From NCBI GenBank assembly GCA_039812025.1, contig JBDHZS010000001.1, positions 1,429-65,428 of the forward strand: a DNA stretch of 64,000 nucleotides, read 5' to 3'. The translations under genes were made by a program, and so were the position numbers. Each line of letters begins with the position of its first letter. Position 1 is the stretch's first letter. The notes under the pieces were generated by a model. It was given only the letters and a program-made list of their open reading frames with translations. It did no database searches and was not told where the DNA came from. This document shows positions 57,998-64,000 of the stretch, piece by piece. Source of the stretch: Nocardioides sp. (GTDB taxonomy: Bacteria > Actinomycetota > Actinomycetes > Propionibacteriales > Nocardioidaceae).

Positions 57998-60900
57998 ATG
58001 GCACTGAGCAACCGCGACCGCGTTGGCAAGATGTTTGAGATCATCGCCCCGGCGCTGGACGACTACATCTCGTCGGTGATCGGTGCCGTCGACGCGTCGG
58101 CAGGGGCCAACTGGGTTCAGCTCGTCGCGGCGAAGGATGGCCACGCGGGCAAGGTCTACGACCCGCTCGACCCGCAGGTGCAGCTCCGCATCCTCACCGA
58201 GTCGGCGATCACCACCAACGTGAAGCCGCGCTGGTACCCGTTCTCCGACACGCTCGGCCGTGTCGGCGAGGCGTTTGCCACCGAACTCAAGAACGCCCGC
58301 AACACGTGGGCGCACAACGGCTCCTTCACCGACGACGACGCCTACCGCGTCCTGGACACGGCCGAACGTCTGATGCGCCTGCTCTCGAAGCCAGGCGAGG
58401 GAGACCTCATCAAGGACGTGCGCCTCAACCTCCGCCGCGTCACGGCTGACCGCGATGACAAGAAGGTCCTCAAGGCTGCGGTCGACAACCCCGAGGCGAC
58501 CGGCGGCCTCAAGCCCTGGCGCGAGGTGCTCCAGCCCCACGACGATGTCGCTACCGGCAACTTCCACGCCTCGGAGTTCGCCGCCGACCTCTACAAGGTG
58601 GCGACGGGAGGCGAGGCTGACTCCGACTACGCCGACCCGGTCGAGTTCTTCAAGCGGACGTACCTGACCGAAGGTCTCAGCGACCTCATCGGCCGCGCCG
58701 TTCGTCGGTTCTCCGGTGACGACAACGCCTCGCCTGTGATAAACCTCCAGACCAACTTTGGTGGCGGCAAGACCCACTCGATGTTGTCCCTCTGGCATGT
58801 CGCCGCCGGTCTTCCGGTCGGCGAATACCCGCAGGAGACACAGGAGCTTCTGCTCGCGAACAACTACAAGGGTGACAAGGTCAACCGGGTAGCCATCGTC
58901 GGCAACCACCTCAGCACCACCGGCTCGACGAAGGCCGACGGCACGAAGGTCAACACCATCTGGGGTGAGTTGGCGTGGCAGCTTGGCGGTGCCGAGGCGT
59001 ACGCGCTCGTGGCGCAGTCGGACCAGGCCAGCACTCCGCCGGGAGACTCGCTGCACACGCTCCTCGCGAAGTACGCGCCGGCCGTCATTCTGATCGACGA
59101 GTGGGTGGCGTACGCCCGCTCGCTCGTCGGCCGCGACGACCTGGCGGGCGGCACGTTCGACGACCAGTTCACCTTCGCGCAGTCGCTGACCGAGGTCGCG
59201 AAGGGGACCTCCGGCGTTCTCCTCGCCATCTCGATCCCGGCCTCGGAGAGTGGTGACGACTCGTCGGTTGTTGCGGGCAACGCCGAGGAAGTCGGTGGCG
59301 CGAACGGCCTCGAAGCGCTGAAGAGGCTTCAGAACGTCGTGCGTCGTGTGGCCGACCAGTGGCGGCCGGCGTCTTCGGACGAGGCGTATCACATCGTCAA
59401 GCAGCGCCTGTTCAAGCAGGCGGACGCTGCGGCGCTTGCGTCCATCGGTGCCACGGCCAAGTCCTATGTCGAGATGTATCGCAAGTACACCGATGACTTC
59501 CCGCGCGAAGCGCGAGACTCGGCGTACGAGGACCGCATCAAGCGCACGTACCCGATCCACCCGGAGATGTTCGACACTCTCTACGAGGAGTGGTCGTCGC
59601 TGGAGCGGTTCCAGCGCACCCGCGGTGTGCTGCGTCTGATGAGCACGGTGATCCACGCGCTCTGGACGGGCGAAGACGCTTCGCCGCTGATCATGCCCGG
59701 CTCGATCCCGCTCGCCACGGCGAACGTGAACGCCGAGCTGACCCAGTACCTACAGGACTCGTGGAAGACGATCATCGACGCCGATGTCGATGGCCCGAAC
59801 TCGGAGCCGGGACGGATCGACAAGGAGAAGCCGCTCTTCGGGCAGCGGGCGCTCACCAAGCGACTCGCACGCACCGTGTTCTTCGGTGCGGCCCCGACCA
59901 TCGCGCCGGGCTCGACCCACAAGGGCATCGGAACCCAACGAGTATTCCTGGGCACCGCAGTGCCGGGCGATGTCCCGGGCAACTTCCACGCCGCGCTGAC
60001 CCAGCTGGGCGACCGGGCGACGTACTTCTACTCCGGGTCCGGCAAGTACTGGTACGACCTCCAGCCCAACATCACCCGAACCGCGAAGGACCAGGCCGAG
60101 CGCCTCCACAAAGAGGACGTGTGGGCCGAAATCGTGAAGCGACTCCAGGGGCAGGGGCGGACGCGAGGTGACTTCGCCGGCGTCCATGTGTGCCCGGAGT
60201 CCAACTCTGACATCCCGGACACTGACGAGGCTCGGCTGGTGATCCTTCACCCGAAGGTCGCTCACAAGGGCAAGACTGACTCGGAGGCGAAGGCGTTCGC
60301 TCAGAACGCCACTGAGCACCGCGGCAGCGCCAACCGCAGCAACCGGAACATGGTCGTCTACCTCGCCGCCGATGAAGCCCGGCTAGAGGAGCTGAACTCT
60401 GCGACGCGGGACTACCTGGGCTGGAAGCACGTCCTGGACAACGAGGCCGATCTCGACCTGACCCAGAACCAGAGGAATCAGGCTGCGCAGCGACGCGATC
60501 AGGCCGACCAGACAGTGACCGCTCGCTTGTTGCAGACGTTCACCTGGGCGCTGGTACCCACTCAGCCGGACCCGGGCTCGCCGTTCCTGATCCGCGAGAC
60601 CAAGGTCGAGGGTCAGTCGGAGTCGCTCGCCGAGCGGGTCTCGCGGCGCCTTGGCAACGACGGCGACCTCTCGACCCGGCAGGCGGCTGCAACCATCCGG
60701 TTGGCGATCGGCAAGGTGCCGCAGATCTGGAAGGACGGCCACGTCTCGCTCGGCGCGCTTTGGGGTCTGTACAGCCAGTACCCGTATATGCCCCGCCTGC
60801 GCGACCGGAAGGTTCTCGACGAGGGAATCGTCGATATGCCGATGATCTGGCACACCGACGCCTTCGGTTTGGCCACCGGCTATGACGAAGCGGCGGGCCG

Positions 60901-61354
60901 CTACATCGGTCTGTGGACTCCGGAGGACAAGGGCGCAGCGCCAGTTGCCACGGACACCCTCCTGTTGGTGCGACCCGACGTGGCGGTCAAGCAGCGTGAA
61001 GCCGAGTCGGAACCGAAGGCAACGCCCGAGGAACAGCTCAAGGCGCTGATCGAGGAGAACGGTGGAGCCGCACCGCTCGACCCGAATGCCCCGAAGGTCG
61101 ACATCGTCTTCACCAAGCCCAAGACCAGGTTCTTCGGCAGTAAGACGCTGAACCCTGAGAAGTTCGTCCTCGACTTCAAGAACATCACCGACGAGGTCAT
61201 CGCCAACCTCCGCTCCGTCGACGGCACGGAGTTGGTGGTGCGCATCGAGATCGAGGCGAGCAACCCGCTCGGCTTCGATGACAGCAAGGTCCGCACAGTC
61301 TCCGAGAACGCCCGCACCCTCAAGTTCGACCAGTCGGGCTTCGAGGAGAGCTGA
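57998..61354 (+). CDS. DUF499 AAA+ ATPase with N-terminal Swt1-like HEPN domain
   Basis: ARNTWAH (RxxxxH), PWREV..PH.DV, QTNFGGGKTH, ILIDE, YPIHPE, FQRTRGVLRLM. Confidence 0.92.
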   Translation: MALSNRDRVGKMFEIIAPALDDYISSVIGAVDASAGANWVQLVAAKDGHAGKVYDPLDPQVQLRILTESAITTNVKPRWYPFSDTLGRVGEAFATELKNARNTWAHNGSFTDDDAYRVLDTAERLMRLLSKPGEGDLIKDVRLNLRRVTADRDDKKVLKAAVDNPEATGGLKPWREVLQPHDDVATGNFHASEFAADLYKVATGGEADSDYADPVEFFKRTYLTEGLSDLIGRAVRRFSGDDNASPVINLQTNFGGGKTHSMLSLWHVAAGLPVGEYPQETQELLLANNYKGDKVNRVAIVGNHLSTTGSTKADGTKVNTIWGELAWQLGGAEAYALVAQSDQASTPPGDSLHTLLAKYAPAVILIDEWVAYARSLVGRDDLAGGTFDDQFTFAQSLTEVAKGTSGVLLAISIPASESGDDSSVVAGNAEEVGGANGLEALKRLQNVVRRVADQWRPASSDEAYHIVKQRLFKQADAAALASIGATAKSYVEMYRKYTDDFPREARDSAYEDRIKRTYPIHPEMFDTLYEEWSSLERFQRTRGVLRLMSTVIHALWTGEDASPLIMPGSIPLATANVNAELTQYLQDSWKTIIDADVDGPNSEPGRIDKEKPLFGQRALTKRLARTVFFGAAPTIAPGSTHKGIGTQRVFLGTAVPGDVPGNFHAALTQLGDRATYFYSGSGKYWYDLQPNITRTAKDQAERLHKEDVWAEIVKRLQGQGRTRGDFAGVHVCPESNSDIPDTDEARLVILHPKVAHKGKTDSEAKAFAQNATEHRGSANRSNRNMVVYLAADEARLEELNSATRDYLGWKHVLDNEADLDLTQNQRNQAAQRRDQADQTVTARLLQTFTWALVPTQPDPGSPFLIRETKVEGQSESLAERVSRRLGNDGDLSTRQAAATIRLAIGKVPQIWKDGHVSLGALWGLYSQYPYMPRLRDRKVLDEGIVDMPMIWHTDAFGLATGYDEAAGRYIGLWTPEDKGAAPVATDTLLLVRPDVAVKQREAESEPKATPEEQLKALIEENGGAAPLDPNAPKVDIVFTKPKTRFFGSKTLNPEKFVLDFKNITDEVIANLRSVDGTELVVRIEIEASNPLGFDDSKVRTVSENARTLKFDQSGFEES

Positions 61355-61383
61355 GGCGCGCGCCCGCCCAGCAGAGGTACGTC

Positions 61384-63000
61384 ATGCGTCTCACCGGAAT
61401 CAGAATCACAAACCACAGTCGTCTCGCCGACCTCGATCTGGAGGTTCGCGATCATTTGGTGCTAGTTGGCCCAAACGACGTGGGGAAGTCCTCTGTTCTC
61501 CGGTGCCTTGACCTCTTGCTCGGGGCGAGTATCGCCGCCTTGTACCAACGGATCGAGCCTGCCGACTTCCGCAAGAAGGACGACCCGTTCGTCATCGAGG
61601 GCGACCTCGCAGACTTCGCTCCGGACGACGAGGCACTGTTTCCCGACGAGATCACCGTCGATGCGGCTACAGGCGCCAAGAAGCTCACGATCCGCCTCGA
61701 AGCCACTCTCGACCTCACCGACACCCTGCGCGTCGAGCGCACTGCACCTGACGGCGGGACCGGGCGCCAGATCTCTCGGGACCAGACCGCCGCGCTTCGC
61801 TGGGCACTCCTCGGGGCCACCAGCATGTCGCGAGACCTTCGAGACGACCGTAAGAATGTGGTCGATGAGATCCTCCAAGCTATCGACCTCGGCGCGGAGC
61901 AGGCCGACTTTGATGCGCTAGCGACACAACTTGAGCAGACACTGGCCGACTCGACCGTCCTGACCGCTCTGCGGGCCGACCTGGCGAGCCAACTCACCAA
62001 GGCGTTGCCGGATGAGATCGAGCAGGACAGCCTGACCTTCGTCCCAGGATCGGCTGCTGACGCTGACGCCTTGAGCGGCGTCCGACTACAGGTGACCAAG
62101 GACGGAGCCCAGCGCCCCCTCTCAGAGCAGTCCGATGGGACGCGTGCGCTGTACGCCATTGCGCTCTACGACCTTGTCAGCGCGGCGGCCAACATCGTCG
62201 CAATCGACGAGCCTGAGGTCCACCTACATCCGACGAGCCAGCGAAGCCTCGCTCGGCTACTTCAGGCGAGCAGCAACCAGAAGATTCTGGCGACCCACTC
62301 CGCCGATGTTGTCGGGGCCTTCCCGCCTGAGTGCATCGCGTCGGTCCGAGTTGGAGGCAAGGTTGTACAGCCCGCTGCCAACTTCTTGTCGAACGAAGAA
62401 CGGATGGTTGTCCACTGGTGGGTGCGCGACAAACTTGAACCGCTCACCGCGAGGCGAGTCATCGCCGTGGAGGGAACCTCTGACCGCATCCTCGTGGAGC
62501 GAGCGAGCGACGTTACTGGTCGCAATCTCGATCGGCTGGGAATCTCTTTGGTCGAGACAGACGGCGCCGGCGACATGGGAGCGATCGTCAAACTCTTCGG
62601 AGCTTCGGGCTTCGACGTCCCCATGTCAATGCTGATTGACAAGGACGCGACCGCTGCGACGGCCGGCAAGCTGGGGGTGCGGGAAGCCGACCTTGATCAG
62701 CACGGGGTGAAGGTCTCGGACCCCGATCTGGAAGGCGAGTACGTTGATGCGCTTGGAGCCGACGTGGTGTGGGCTGCGATTGCAGCTTCGACGCTCTTCT
62801 CCAACAACGAACGCGCCAACTGCGCGACGTCGGGACCCGGAGGCACCCGTACAGCGGAGGATGTCGCCGACTTCTGTCGGCGGAAGAAGAACGGATACAA
62901 AGTCCGTGCGGCGATGGTTGTTGCCCCACTGCTCACGGATGTGACCGCACGTCAGGTCGCAAGCGTGGAACGTCTGCTGACAGAGATCACGAGTCCGTAG
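61384..63000 (+). CDS. gajA: OLD-family ATPase-TOPRIM nuclease (Gabija A-like)
   Basis: GPNDVGKS, DEPEVHLHP, THS, VEGTSD, IDKD. Confidence 0.85.
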   Translation: MRLTGIRITNHSRLADLDLEVRDHLVLVGPNDVGKSSVLRCLDLLLGASIAALYQRIEPADFRKKDDPFVIEGDLADFAPDDEALFPDEITVDAATGAKKLTIRLEATLDLTDTLRVERTAPDGGTGRQISRDQTAALRWALLGATSMSRDLRDDRKNVVDEILQAIDLGAEQADFDALATQLEQTLADSTVLTALRADLASQLTKALPDEIEQDSLTFVPGSAADADALSGVRLQVTKDGAQRPLSEQSDGTRALYAIALYDLVSAAANIVAIDEPEVHLHPTSQRSLARLLQASSNQKILATHSADVVGAFPPECIASVRVGGKVVQPAANFLSNEERMVVHWWVRDKLEPLTARRVIAVEGTSDRILVERASDVTGRNLDRLGISLVETDGAGDMGAIVKLFGASGFDVPMSMLIDKDATAATAGKLGVREADLDQHGVKVSDPDLEGEYVDALGADVVWAAIAASTLFSNNERANCATSGPGGTRTAEDVADFCRRKKNGYKVRAAMVVAPLLTDVTARQVASVERLLTEITSP

Positions 63001-64000
63001 ATGGTCACGCCCACCGACGCCCAGCAGCGCATTCGTGACCATGAGGGGCTGGGCCTTCTCGTCATCGCTCCGGCTGGGTGCGGCAAGACGGAGGCACTCG
63101 CCTTCCGCGTCTCGGGACTGCTTGAACGTGGTCAGGTCGCGCATCCGCGGCGAGTGCTCGTCACGACATTCTCGAACCACGCCCGGGACAACGTCCGCGA
63201 CCGGTTGAAGGACTATGTGCCCGGAAGCACCATGAGGGACAGAGTCACGGTCGCCAACTTCCACGGGTTGGCCGCGCGGCTCGTTCGAGCGCACGCCCAA
63301 GTCATCGGCATCGATCCGAACCTCACACTTCCCGAATCGGACTGGGTCGGCGAGGAGTGCCAACGTCGAGGGTTCGACTGGGACCGACGTCGCGCGGTCG
63401 AGGATGTCCTACGGCGGACCAAGCAGGAATCTTTGAATGATGCGGGAGTGGAACAGGCGCTGATCCGAGCCCACAACTCGGATGCGCTGGCCATCGAGCG
63501 ACACCGAGTGACCGAAGGGCGGCTGACCTACGACGATCTTCCTCGCCTGGCCGAGCTGATCCTCGCGGACGACACCGTTGCTGACCTGTACCGGAACCAC
63601 TTCAGTGCAGTCGTCGTCGACGAGTTCCAGGACCTCACACCCCAACAGCTGCGGATCGTCAACCGAATCGGGTACGGCAAGACGACGTACGCCGGCGACC
63701 TTGCGCAAGGCATATACGGGTTCGCCGGAGCCGTCCCGGCTGAGGTTGATCGGCAGGTGCGAGCGGAGTGCACCGACGTCATCGAGTTCGCCGAGTCCCA
63801 CCGATCTTCGCCTGCGGTGCTGTCGATGGTGAACGCATTGACCGGGCTGACGGGAGGCAAGGAGCTGACGGCGGCCCTGCCCGATTCTTGGCCAAGCGGA
63901 GGTTTGGCGGCAGGAGTCAAGTTCGGCTCCGTGGACGATGAAGCGAAGTTTGCGGTCATGTTCGCCACGACGATCCTGGAGAAGGCGCCGAACCAACGAA
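63001..64000 (+). CDS. gajB: UvrD-like helicase (Gabija B-like), truncated by window end
   Basis: Manual translation: APAGCGKTE, VTTFSN, NFHG, VVVDEFQD, GDLAQGIYGFAGA, ESHRSS; ATG abuts the gajA stop. Confidence 0.85.
   Translation, partial: MVTPTDAQQRIRDHEGLGLLVIAPAGCGKTEALAFRVSGLLERGQVAHPRRVLVTTFSNHARDNVRDRLKDYVPGSTMRDRVTVANFHGLAARLVRAHAQVIGIDPNLTLPESDWVGEECQRRGFDWDRRRAVEDVLRRTKQESLNDAGVEQALIRAHNSDALAIERHRVTEGRLTYDDLPRLAELILADDTVADLYRNHFSAVVVDEFQDLTPQQLRIVNRIGYGKTTYAGDLAQGIYGFAGAVPAEVDRQVRAECTDVIEFAESHRSSPAVLSMVNALTGLTGGKELTAALPDSWPSGGLAAGVKFGSVDDEAKFAVMFATTILEKAPNQR

Overview
High-GC actinobacterial DNA that is almost entirely mobile. Left part (1-~5445): the end of one tRNA-targeting island, with a partial cydA, an orphan fliL split by an ISL3 element (8-bp target duplication), and xis + tyrosine integrase ending at a duplicated 3' half of tRNA-fMet. 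From ~5446 to the window end: a large integrative conjugative element (ICE) with its own xis/int, SSB, ArdC, a minimal monoderm T4SS (VirD4, VirB4, VirB6, PrgI/VirB3-like, two pilin-like proteins, peptidoglycan hydrolase), ParB-like and primase-polymerase genes, a Tad/Flp pilus operon ending in a LysM-BTAD protein, and a MOBF relaxase-helicase. Counter-oriented cargo genes sit between backbone operons (PIN TA, Ser/Thr kinase, LexA-box gene pair, HEPN-like, GmrSD-like). A defence island follows the relaxase (SNF2 helicase, DUF499/DUF1156/SNF2 system with HNH and PD-(D/E)xK inserts, Gabija). Most notable signal: a GCACACCTG motif precedes most backbone operons. It is followed either by an ATG 6 nt later or by a segment that base-pairs with the leader around the ribosome-binding site. 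The element also encodes a sigma-region-2-like protein coupled to a ParB-like protein whose gene contains a 27-bp palindrome. Together these suggest a dedicated sigma/ParB-clamp activation system with start-site-gated translation. All family calls come from visible motifs and recall; no database searches were run.
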